Shown here: positions 47,627 through 56,006 of the stretch, one piece after another | Layout: every line of letters begins with the position of its first letter | How positions within the stretch are numbered: position 1 is the stretch's first letter | Assembly: GCA_963843145.1 (NCBI GenBank) | Contig: CAWJJC010000012.1 | Span: forward strand, 160,001 to 224,000 | DNA: 64,000 nt | Source: an uncultured delta proteobacterium | GTDB taxonomy: Bacteria > Desulfobacterota > RBG-13-43-22 | Reading direction: 5' to 3' | The notes under the pieces: model-generated | The model's database searches: none | Told to the model about the DNA's origin: nothing | Seen by the model: the letters and a program-made list of their open reading frames with translations, nothing else | Translations under genes and position numbers: made by a program

Positions 47627-48961
47627 TTAATTGGCAGCCAAAGCTTGATAGGTCATAAATTCATCCCCGGGGCCAAAGGCCAGTTCGTTAACGATGGAGG
47701 CCAGCTTGCAGGTTGCTCCGGTTCCGGTGATGGTGGCCGATCCCACATAGGTAGAAGGCCAGCTCGCCCCGGTCTGGAGGAAGGTATTGGAGGAGCTCGG
47801 GGTCAGGCCGGGAAAGCTTTCGTTGGTAGGAGTGAAACTCCCCGCCAGATTAGGGCCATAGGTAACGGCGATGTCACAATTCCCGGTCCCCACGTTTTGA
47901 ACCTGGATGCCGGTAAAGAACCCGCTGTTATGGGCCATCACCAGAGGGGCGACTACACTGGTCCCAGCGGCTGTAGGGTCAAACCCTTCATAGGCCGTAC
48001 CCTGCCCCACCAAACTGAGCTGGTTGACAATAGCCACTAAGTTTTGGGAAGCGGAATTGGTGATGGTCGCCCCGCCCACGTAAGTGGAAGCCCACTGTCC
48101 ATTGAGTTGGAGCTTGGTGCAGGATTGTCCGACGGCTAAAGCAAGGCAGGTGTCGGCGGTGGGGGCTAAAGACCCCGCGGTGTTGGCCCCATAAGTAATG
48201 GTCACGTCCGTGGGGGCGGAACCGACATTCATAACCTGGATACCGCTGAAGAAGCCGGAGTTCTTAGCCATCACCAGGGGAGCCGTAATGGTTTGGGAGC
48301 CGGCGCCGAAACTGTTATACCCCAGCAGGGCCTTGGTACTCCCGGTGCCGACCTGCATCACCGTAGCTACTATGGGTTGACTGCCCGTGCTGGTCACAAC
48401 AGCCGATCCGACAAAAGGGGACGGCAACGCGGCGTTGGTGGCCTGATCGAAGGTCTTGGACGCTCCGGGAAGGATGGTGAACGGACCTTCGGTTGTTCCG
48501 TTACTATAAGTCGCGGTAACATCCGTGCTGGCCGTCCCCGTGTTTTGAACGTTATACCAGGTGTCGAATCCCGAGTTTCCTTTCATCAGCAAGGGCAGGT
48601 TGATACTGCTGGCCCCTGAAGAAAAGCCGGTGGTGGAAGCAAAATAGATCCCGTCGCCTACGGTATTGACGATGGCCACGACCTGCTGGTCGGACTCGAT
48701 GATCACGGAACCATTAAAACCGGAAGGAGCATCGATGGGATAGTAGGTTTTTGAACTATTGGCCGGAATGGTGTCCGTTGGACTGTTCACCACAGTTCCA
48801 GCCTGGTCGATGTACTTAATTTGGATGTTAGCGGTCGTGGCGCTCAAATTCTGAACCTGAAAGCCTGAAGAATAAGTAAGTGCGTTAACCGGATTGCCCA
48901 TCGACAACAATACGAATACTCCCAAGAAAACGATGGCTGAAATTTGGCTGACTCTTTTCAT
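47627..48961 (-). CDS. Secreted Ser/Thr/Gly-rich protein with four ~105-aa beta-sandwich-like repeats
   Basis: Signal peptide ending VNA. Repeats begin YSSGFQVQN / FDTWYNVQN / FFSGIQVMN / FFTGIQVQN and end G(S/G)..(I/V)....(V/L)A.(I/T)V. RBS AAGGAG. Confidence 0.8.
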   Translation of the reverse strand: MKRVSQISAIVFLGVFVLLSMGNPVNALTYSSGFQVQNLSATTANIQIKYIDQAGTVVNSPTDTIPANSSKTYYPIDAPSGFNGSVIIESDQQVVAIVNTVGDGIYFASTTGFSSGASSINLPLLMKGNSGFDTWYNVQNTGTASTDVTATYSNGTTEGPFTILPGASKTFDQATNAALPSPFVGSAVVTSTGSQPIVATVMQVGTGSTKALLGYNSFGAGSQTITAPLVMAKNSGFFSGIQVMNVGSAPTDVTITYGANTAGSLAPTADTCLALAVGQSCTKLQLNGQWASTYVGGATITNSASQNLVAIVNQLSLVGQGTAYEGFDPTAAGTSVVAPLVMAHNSGFFTGIQVQNVGTGNCDIAVTYGPNLAGSFTPTNESFPGLTPSSSNTFLQTGASWPSTYVGSATITGTGATCKLASIVNELAFGPGDEFMTYQALAAN

Positions 48962-49452
48962 ACACGGCTCCTTCCCTTTTTGAAAATTAGTTAGAGAATT
49001 TAGTCATTAATTTTGGGGCTCTTTAAAGAATTTGTCAATATAAAAAGTAGGTCTATTTGTAAGACAGATGATGATTTCATTCTAACATAGATATTATCGG
49101 CAAGATAATGAAAAAGTTAAGTCTTTTTTTCTCCTTTCTGTGTCAAAAAGAATAAAGCGGTTTTTATAAAAAAAAAATGGGGTAAACCATGTATTTTGGC
49201 TCGCCAAACAACCTAATTTATCGGACGAAAAAAGGACATCGGGCTCCACCGTTGTTCGTCTCCCGTTTCCTGGTTTCGCAAAAAGCCTGTAGAGATTACG
49301 ACTGGCCAGGGCGAATAGAAACAAGATATGGGGGTATAAGTACTCCTTAGGCCCTCCACTTGGTGCCGGCCATCGGGGAGGGAGGCCGGCATCCTTGGCC
49401 GCTCGGAAACGTAAAACCTCTCTGAAAGCTGCGAAGCCCTCCCCTGCAAAAG

Positions 49453-49719
49453 TCAGAGTTCCAAAACGAGGTCCGATTTAGGGAGGGCCACGCAAGGGAG
49501 GATCAGGTTATGGCCGGGTGGTTCCTCGTCCAGACCGTCATCCACCTCCATGAATACTTCACCGGAAAGCAGCTTCACTTTGCAGGACCCGCAAACCCCC
49601 ACATGGCATTCGTTTTCAAGGTGTATTCCGTGTTCTTCCGCGAAATCCATAATATTTTCAAAACGTTCATCCCATTTCAGGACTTTCCCGCTCTTTTTGA
49701 ATTCAATGGTATAGGCCAC
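49453..49719 (-). CDS. Plant-type 2Fe-2S ferredoxin
   Basis: CHVGVCGSC ... LPCVALP. Confidence 0.85.
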   Translation of the reverse strand: MAYTIEFKKSGKVLKWDERFENIMDFAEEHGIHLENECHVGVCGSCKVKLLSGEVFMEVDDGLDEEPPGHNLILPCVALPKSDLVLEL

Positions 49720-49751
49720 GGGGTCAGGTTCCTTTCTTTGGTGAGCAACCG

Positions 49752-49877
49752 CTAGCCAAAAATATTTTTGGCTGTAATAAAAACCGCTTAACAGACTTAA
49801 AAATAACGTCTTTTAATTTAGATTCTTACCTCCATTGTTAGAGACAGATTCTCAGAACAATGGAGGTAAGAATCTAA
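49752..49877 (+). repeat. Dispersed bipartite palindromic element, copy C
   Basis: CTAGCCAAAAATATTTTTGGCT, spacer, then TTAGATTCTTACCTCCATTGTT..AACAATGGAGGTAAGAATCTAA; its end supplies the TAG stop of ORF 49874-50062. Confidence 0.9.
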
Positions 49878-50062
49878 GTTCCGGCCGGCCGAGTAAAAAA
49901 ATTAACCAGAAAATTGCATTCCTTAGGCGAAAGGTCAAAGTGTTTTCCTGCCTCATCGATCAATTCGATCAGGGGAGGCGGTGAAATCAGCTCCCGTTGT
50001 TCACTGATCCAACGAATGGCCCGTCTGAGAAGCTCGCCTTCGGGTAAATCCGGGTGTGTCAT
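49874..50062 (-). CDS. Small hypothetical protein
   Basis: RBS GGAGG; GE.LRRAIRWISE..LIDEA..FDLSPKE..FL pattern, which I recall from small deltaproteobacterial proteins. Confidence 0.65.
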   Translation of the reverse strand: MTHPDLPEGELLRRAIRWISEQRELISPPPLIELIDEAGKHFDLSPKECNFLVNFFTRPAGT

Positions 50063-50302
50063 AGGGGGGGTAACCTCCGGGTATATTGACCTAATCGGCC
50101 ATAAAAACGAATAGATAACACTGAATTCAGAATGTTGAAGGGGTTGGGGCGACCTTAGCCGACCCGCCCAGGGAGGCTGGAACCTCTCGGGCCCTATCTT
50201 TTCAGGCTGCGCGGGAGCCCGCCCGCTGGTTAAAGCGTCACTTTCTTTCTCCTATTATAATGGAAATCAGGGGGCGGGTCAATAAAACAACTTCTTTTGA
50301 GG

Positions 50303-50337
50303 TTGACAGACTGAAAGTTGATTATTAATTTTATAAT
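50303..50337 (+). promoter_or_regulatory. sigma70 promoter of sod with overlapping Fur/PerR-like AT-rich box
   Basis: TTGACA-N17-TAATTT with adjacent TATAAT; TTATTAATTTTATAA resembles PerR/Fur boxes with mismatches. Confidence 0.45.
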
Positions 50338-50476
50338 ATTTAACAAGGCTTAGGTAGTTAACCCGGCCTATGATCGACGGCGGATCGTTTGTAGCTATAT
50401 CCGGCCCGAAATGGATGGCGGCTGACAATAGGCCGGTCAATCCTGCCTGGCCCCAATCTAAAAGGAGGTAAAAAGC

Positions 50477-51055
50477 ATGTCTTATGCAGCCAAGGATTAC
50501 TCCAAGTTGATCGGGATGGAAGGATTCAGTGAAACCCTCTTGAAGAACCATTTTACCCTCTACCAGGGCTATGTGACCAACACCAACAAGGTCCTGGATA
50601 CCCTTAGCCAGATGCTCAAAGACGGCAAAGCCGGCAGCTACGAATTCGCCGAATTAAAAAGGAGGCTGGGCTGGGAATTCAACGGGATGCGACTCCATGA
50701 ATATTATTTTGAAAACCTGGGTGGGAAAGGCGGCCTAAACCAGGGAGGAAAGCTGGCGAAGAAGTTAGTCGAGGACTTCGGCGGCTACGAGGCTTGGGAA
50801 AAGGATTTTAAAGCCACCGGTGCGATGCGGGGTATCGGCTGGGTGGTCCTTTACCAGGACCCGGCCAATGGGAAGCTGGTTAATTTCTGGATCAACGAGC
50901 ACGATGTCTCCCACCCGGTCGGCGGCAATCCCCTTTTAATCCTGGATGTCTTTGAGCATGCCTTCATGATCGATTATGGGCTGAAACGTGCGGATTATCT
51001 CGAGGCCTTCATCAAAAATATTCACTGGGACGCCGTGGAAGCTCGCTTGAAGTAA
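50477..51055 (+). CDS. Fe/Mn superoxide dismutase
   Basis: H..LY.GYV, LHEYYF, GIGW and DVFEHAF metal-ligand motifs; RBS AGGAGG. Confidence 0.92.
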   Translation: MSYAAKDYSKLIGMEGFSETLLKNHFTLYQGYVTNTNKVLDTLSQMLKDGKAGSYEFAELKRRLGWEFNGMRLHEYYFENLGGKGGLNQGGKLAKKLVEDFGGYEAWEKDFKATGAMRGIGWVVLYQDPANGKLVNFWINEHDVSHPVGGNPLLILDVFEHAFMIDYGLKRADYLEAFIKNIHWDAVEARLK

Positions 51056-51090
51056 CCACCGAATGGTGACTTTTCCCCAATTTCGTATCT

Positions 51091-51140
51091 AAAGGGCGTT
51101 GCCTTATCACCGGATGGTGATACGGGGCGCCTTTTTTTTC
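51091..51140 (+). terminator. Rho-independent terminator after sod
   Basis: GGGCGTT..ATCACC-GGAT-GGTGAT..GGCGCC followed by T8. Confidence 0.6.
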
Positions 51141-51151
51141 GGTCAAAAGGC

Positions 51152-52288
51152 TCAGGTCCTCATCACCGTATCCGGATCGATGGTGGCCGCCCGCCAGGAA
51201 GGGATGATAGTGGCCGCCAGGTAGGGAATAACCGTGAGGAAAAAAAGGGTCACCACCTGGTAGGGATCGACAAAAGGAGTCAGCCGGAATTCCGGGTAGA
51301 GGATGGCCCAACCCTTCAACGCGTGTTCGAAAAGAACGGCCGAGGTGAAGAATACATGGGCATAGGCCAGGATGAAACCCAATAAAAATGAAGAAAAGGC
51401 CAGGACCGTTCCTTCCCAAAACTTCAGCAGCAGCACGTCCGAGGTCTCCCAGCCGAGGGCTTTCAAAATGCCGATTTCCCGCCTCTCCCCGGCGCTCAAG
51501 CCCGAGGCTTTTTCCCAGGCTAAGATGATAAAGGCCAGGGCCGAGGCCGTAAAAATAACCACGATCATCCCGCTCCGCCAGTCGAACAGCGAGTCGTAGG
51601 TCCGCAGGATTTCGTCCCGGAGGATCGACCGGGTGTCCGGCAACAGTTCGCTAATTTTAAAAGCAATGGTGTTCAATTCCCGCGAATTGCTGACCCGAAG
51701 GGCAAAGTCGGTGACATAAGGAGAGGCCAGGCCGGAAAAACTCCGGAAATCCCGTTCGGAGAGTAAGATCAAGTCTGAGCTGATCAGTTCCGATTCGGCG
51801 GCCAGGAGGCCTTTAACCTGGAAGATGGCCGGTTCTCCCCGGTAGTTGCGAAAGGAAAGGAGATCGCCCGGAAAGACCTGCCGGCTTCGTGAAATCCCCG
51901 GTCCAATGAGGATTTCCCCTGCGGCCAAAGGCTTCCGGTTCGAGACCATTAAGGTGTAATTAGCCTTCACCGCGGGATCGTAATAGTAACCCCAAAGCCT
52001 CGGGGTCAAAGAGGTGACCCCGCGGATTTGCCGGATTCTATCTGCATAGGCCAGAGGCATCAGGTCATGCCGGCCGGCAATCATCCGCTGGACCAATATC
52101 TCCGGTGTGCCTTTCAGGATGAGGGCGGCTTCCTTTTTCAGGGCTTGGGTAAATAGGATCACCGAACCCAGGAAGAAGACCACTGTCGTAAAGGTCAGTA
52201 CCAGGGCGATGTTTTTTCCCCGGCGACGTCTCAATGAGGAAAGGGTGAAGTCGATCAGGTTTCGTTGTTTTTCAATCCAGATTCGCAT
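51152..52288 (-). CDS. FtsX/LolE-like ABC transporter permease
   Basis: ERREIGILKALGW, 1+3 transmembrane layout and PSWRAA..DP C-terminus. Confidence 0.88.
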   Translation of the reverse strand: MRIWIEKQRNLIDFTLSSLRRRRGKNIALVLTFTTVVFFLGSVILFTQALKKEAALILKGTPEILVQRMIAGRHDLMPLAYADRIRQIRGVTSLTPRLWGYYYDPAVKANYTLMVSNRKPLAAGEILIGPGISRSRQVFPGDLLSFRNYRGEPAIFQVKGLLAAESELISSDLILLSERDFRSFSGLASPYVTDFALRVSNSRELNTIAFKISELLPDTRSILRDEILRTYDSLFDWRSGMIVVIFTASALAFIILAWEKASGLSAGERREIGILKALGWETSDVLLLKFWEGTVLAFSSFLLGFILAYAHVFFTSAVLFEHALKGWAILYPEFRLTPFVDPYQVVTLFFLTVIPYLAATIIPSWRAATIDPDTVMRT

Positions 52289-52580
52289 GAGGTGGCCTTA
52301 ACCTCTGGGGCGGCAGGACGAAAGAGCCGCTGGGAAAGTGCTCAAACGACAAGGGATGATCCTGGAAAGGAGAATGCAGGTCCGCTTGCGAGAGGTGACG
52401 GGTATAGCGGGCCTCGGTAAAAAGGCAGAGATCGGTCAGGGTCAGGTCTTCCACCATTCGGCCCATTCGCGTCAGCCTCTCCTGATCCGACACCGGCTGG
52501 GTCAGGAGGTGCAGGCCGATCAGGATCAGGGCCAGCGCACAGGCTGCCAAAAAACAAAAGAAAGAGGAGGAAGGACGCAT
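52272..52580 (-). CDS. Small membrane-anchored hypothetical protein
   Basis: N-terminal hydrophobic segment and LTDLCLFTEARYTRH..FQDHP..EHFPSG; overlaps the permease start. Confidence 0.7.
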   Translation of the reverse strand: MRPSSSFFCFLAACALALILIGLHLLTQPVSDQERLTRMGRMVEDLTLTDLCLFTEARYTRHLSQADLHSPFQDHPLSFEHFPSGSFVLPPQRLRPPHANLD

Positions 52581-52587
52581 GGGGCGC

Positions 52588-53061
52588 TCAATCCAGTGTT
52601 TTCAGCATCTCGGGGGTAATCTCCTGAAAACGAAGAATTCTTTTTCCTTTATGATCTTTAAGAAATTCCTGAGCTTCGGATTCTCTTTCGAAAGGGATCA
52701 ATTCCTTACCCATCGGCCCGAAAATGTCGCTCCCGATGACGAAAAAGGCCCGGGTTCCATCGATGCTTTCCAGGGAATAGTAGTCCTTCACGAAAAAGGC
52801 GGCTTTCTCCAGCCGGGATCTGGATGACGCGAAGGAGGAAGGGTTCAGGAAAAATTTCATCATGTCCTTCACCCCGTCGAAAAACAGGCGGCTGCCATCC
52901 CGAAAAACCCCCTGGGCCACCCAGTCCGGGTATTTGGAGACGAACATCCCGCAGACCGGGCATTTGTCCTTGGGCGTGGGCTTAAGTGGTTTGGGGTCGC
53001 CGGCCCAGGCCCCGGTAACCAGGAGAAAGAAAACAGCTAAGAAGAAAGAGGTCTTTTTCAC
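52588..53061 (-). CDS. NosL family metal-binding protein
   Basis: Signal peptide, CPVCGM, FFDGVKDM and GPMG.ELIPF...A.EF..DH.G. Confidence 0.88.
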   Translation of the reverse strand: MKKTSFFLAVFFLLVTGAWAGDPKPLKPTPKDKCPVCGMFVSKYPDWVAQGVFRDGSRLFFDGVKDMMKFFLNPSSFASSRSRLEKAAFFVKDYYSLESIDGTRAFFVIGSDIFGPMGKELIPFERESEAQEFLKDHKGKRILRFQEITPEMLKTLD

Positions 53062-53206
53062 GAAATCCTCCTTTGGCTTTAGGACTCACCCGGGCGCGAG
53101 GGTTCAGGGAGGGGAAAGGTGCCTGAAGCAACAATAAAAACTGAAGCCTCCTTTTCCCGACCCAACCCTGCGCTCCGGGGTTGGCATTGGACTTCTTGAA
53201 GAACGG

Positions 53207-53719
53207 CTATTTCTTTTCCATCGTTTTTTGACGCTTCATGCGCCGCCGTTCTCGAATCATCTTGGTGTCTTCGGCGATATCTTCATAGGCCGCCTTCAAG
53301 GCGCCGTCGAAGTCCGTAAGATTTCCTCCGCTTTCTTTCAGAAACCGATCAGCCTCTTCTTTTTGAGCGAAGGCCCACTTGGCCCTTTTGGTCATAACCC
53401 CTGGTTTGGCCCCCCCGATCACCCAAACGGCCTTCTCGGCGTTGATCAGGGTTTTGGTTGAATAGTCGCCGACCCATAACAGCTTAGGTGTTTTATCGAG
53501 GTTTAGGGCCAGATCGATCGCCGCACAGTGCAGGCTGCAGGTGCCGACCTGGGTACCGTCGTCATACTCGATGAGCATCCGGCTGTGGGCGAACTTCTCA
53601 CGATCCATCCCGCAATATTTGCAGGAGGAGTGCTTCTGGGTATCCTCGTGGGCCCATAGCCTGGTGGATAAGGACAAAATGAAAAGTACCGAAACCAAAA
53701 GTAGTAAGATTTTTTTCAT
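53207..53719 (-). CDS. NosL family metal-binding protein
   Basis: Start MKKILL after RBS GGAGG; CKYCGM, CSLHC and GVMT.RAKWAF. Confidence 0.85.
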   Translation of the reverse strand: MKKILLLLVSVLFILSLSTRLWAHEDTQKHSSCKYCGMDREKFAHSRMLIEYDDGTQVGTCSLHCAAIDLALNLDKTPKLLWVGDYSTKTLINAEKAVWVIGGAKPGVMTKRAKWAFAQKEEADRFLKESGGNLTDFDGALKAAYEDIAEDTKMIRERRRMKRQKTMEKK

Positions 53720-53931
53720 AAAACCTCCTGAGATAAATACCCCTCTCCTTGCGGGGGGGCATAGCAGCGCAGACGCTGCCGATTTAGTCAAATTCTTTCC
53801 AGGCCCGGCTCTCTCGCCGGCGCAGCGGTTTAATCCTCGCTGAGTCGGTTCAGTTCGCTGGATTTTTTCGCGGTAAAGCCCGTGGGCTACCGTCCGGGAG
53901 CTCGTTGGGCCGCAAAAATGCGGGTCGGGAA

Positions 53932-54276
53932 TTACAGGAGGAAAGGGGGTGGTTTTTGAGGGGTACTCCCGAAAAAAGACCGGCTAACCGGGTTCGGGGT
54001 ATCTATAGCTCCGGTCGCCCCCAGGCGTAACTCTAAAAAGGTCAGGGCCATAATAAGGTCCTGGTCAAAGGAGGAGAATAGTTCCGATCCGGGACAGGGG
54101 CAGGGGCAAGGGCAAGGAGATAAGGCCTCCCCGGTTGGCCGAGGTCCTTGAGGGGCGCAACAGGTACAGCCCAACCCGTTCTGTCCGAAACAGGCCATCC
54201 CCCGGGCATCCCCCCGAGAGGGCAGAAGGCCGATTAAAAGGGCGGTCAAGAGCAGAAGTATCGAGAGTTGTTTCAT
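53932..54276 (-). CDS. Cys-rich secreted-type peptide ending in a Pro-rich motif (DUF2946-like)
   Basis: Signal-like N-terminus, CTCC, CPCPCPCP and terminal TPQKPPP; ATGA overlap with the tlpA-like gene. Confidence 0.55.
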   Translation of the reverse strand: MKQLSILLLLTALLIGLLPSRGDARGMACFGQNGLGCTCCAPQGPRPTGEALSPCPCPCPCPGSELFSSFDQDLIMALTFLELRLGATGAIDTPNPVSRSFFGSTPQKPPPFLL

Positions 54277-54821
54277 TTGACCATCAAGGCGGATACCCGT
54301 TTATTCAATTCGTCTTTATTGATTTCGCCCAGGATCTTAATCCGGATCAGGCCTCCCCGGTCCACGATGAAGGTGCTGGGGATCCCGGTAATTCCGTACC
54401 GTTTGGCGGTCGAGGAATCGGCATCCAGGGGGATGGAATAGGAGACCTTGAGGCTGGCCAGATAGGCCTCAACGGCCGCGGTGTTTTCCCCCACGTTAAT
54501 GGAATAAGGGAGAAATCCTTTGCTTTTAAATTGTTGGAATAGGGATTCGATGGCCAGAATTTCCTTCCGGCAATAGGGACACCAACTGGCCCAAAAATGC
54601 ACCAGACCCACCCGGCCCTTCAGATCGTCCGGCAGGGAAACCTTCCTGCCTTTCAGGTCCAGCAGGTCGGCCCGGGGGGGGATATCTCCGATCTTAACGG
54701 CCCCTTCGGCTGCTCCCTGCGGCCCCTCTAGACTCAGCCCCAGGCCGCCTAACCCGATGAACAATCCCTTAAGGAGGGCTCTCCTCGTCAGTGAACGGGG
54801 AAATGAGAAATCACCAGTCAT
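54273..54821 (-). CDS. TlpA/ResA-like thiol-disulfide oxidoreductase with Tat-like signal
   Basis: TRRALLK leader, FWASWCPYC and GIPSTFIVD. Confidence 0.88.
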   Translation of the reverse strand: MTGDFSFPRSLTRRALLKGLFIGLGGLGLSLEGPQGAAEGAVKIGDIPPRADLLDLKGRKVSLPDDLKGRVGLVHFWASWCPYCRKEILAIESLFQQFKSKGFLPYSINVGENTAAVEAYLASLKVSYSIPLDADSSTAKRYGITGIPSTFIVDRGGLIRIKILGEINKDELNKRVSALMVK

Positions 54822-54837
54822 TATATCTCTCGGGTTG

Positions 54838-55848
54838 TTAACAGATGCGCGGCAGTTGCTCCCCGGTCAACATGTCGATCAGCCGCCGTCCGCCGATGGC
54901 GGTTTTCATAAATACCAGGCCGGGGTTATCCCCGAGCACCCGCCCGATCAGGGCGGCTCCCTGACCATAGGGGTGCCGCCGCATGGCTGTCAATAATCGA
55001 TCCGCTTCGGTCGGGGGGACGACGGCCACCAATTTCCCCTCATTGGCCAGGTACAAGGGGTCCAATCCCAGTATTTCGGCCGCGGCCTGGACCTCATTGC
55101 TGACGGGCAGGGCGTCTTCCCATATTTCCATGGATACCTGAGATTGCTGGGCGATTTCGTTTAAAGTGGTGGCCAATCCCCCGCGGGTGGGATCCCGGAG
55201 GACATGAAGGTCCGGGCAAACGGCCAGGAGGGCCTTAACCAGGCCGTTTAAGGGGGCCACATCGCTTTGCAGCGAAGATTCAAAGGCCAATCCTTCCCGC
55301 TTGGAAAGAATGGTCATTCCGTGGTCTCCCAGAGTCCCGCTGACCAGGAGAACGTCCCCTGCCCGGGCATTCTGGCCGGCCACCTCGACGCCCGGGGGGA
55401 TCAGGCCGATCCCGGCGGTGTTAATGAAAATCTTGTCGGCATTGCCTTTGGGAACCACCTTGGTGTCCCCGGTGACCACCTGGACTCCGGCCTGCCGGGC
55501 TGCCTCAGCCATGGACCGCAGGAGGCGCTCCAGATCAGACAATAAGAAACCCTCCTCCAGGATGAAGGCCAGGCTCAAATAACGGGGATCGGCTCCACGC
55601 ATAGCCAGGTCGTTTACCGTACCGCAGACAGCCAGAGAGCCGATGTCTCCGCCCGGGAAGAAGATGGGGTCCACCACGTAACTATCGGTGGTGAAAGCCA
55701 GACGGACGCCCCCTAGGTCCAGAGAGGCGCTGTCGTTTAAATCATTCAGAAAAACGTTTTGAAAATAAGGGAGAACGGTTTGGGCAATCAAGTCGTGAGA
55801 AGAGCGGCCCCCGCTGCCATGGTCAAGCATTATTCTATTTCCAGGCAT
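54838..55848 (-). CDS. hypE: Hydrogenase maturation protein HypE
   Basis: HGSGG, TTDSYVV, GTVNDLA, RDPTRGG and C-terminal PRIC. Confidence 0.97.
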   Translation of the reverse strand: MPGNRIMLDHGSGGRSSHDLIAQTVLPYFQNVFLNDLNDSASLDLGGVRLAFTTDSYVVDPIFFPGGDIGSLAVCGTVNDLAMRGADPRYLSLAFILEEGFLLSDLERLLRSMAEAARQAGVQVVTGDTKVVPKGNADKIFINTAGIGLIPPGVEVAGQNARAGDVLLVSGTLGDHGMTILSKREGLAFESSLQSDVAPLNGLVKALLAVCPDLHVLRDPTRGGLATTLNEIAQQSQVSMEIWEDALPVSNEVQAAAEILGLDPLYLANEGKLVAVVPPTEADRLLTAMRRHPYGQGAALIGRVLGDNPGLVFMKTAIGGRRLIDMLTGEQLPRIC

Positions 55849-56006
55849 TGGTCATTCCTTCAAATTCCGATAACGGGCCTTGAATCTCCGGGTTCGGCCC
55901 TGGATTCTTAAAAAGGATGGTCGTCCACGGCTTCGGAATGAGCGGGTGATAAAGAACGCTTAAAGAAATTAGAACAGTTCCAAATTGATCGGCAGGCAAA
56001 AGGGAC

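Noticed and set aside
49290-49450. GC-rich hairpins as an ncRNA
   Set aside because: No recognisable tRNA, SRP, 6S, RNase P or riboswitch signature, and no second copy in the window.
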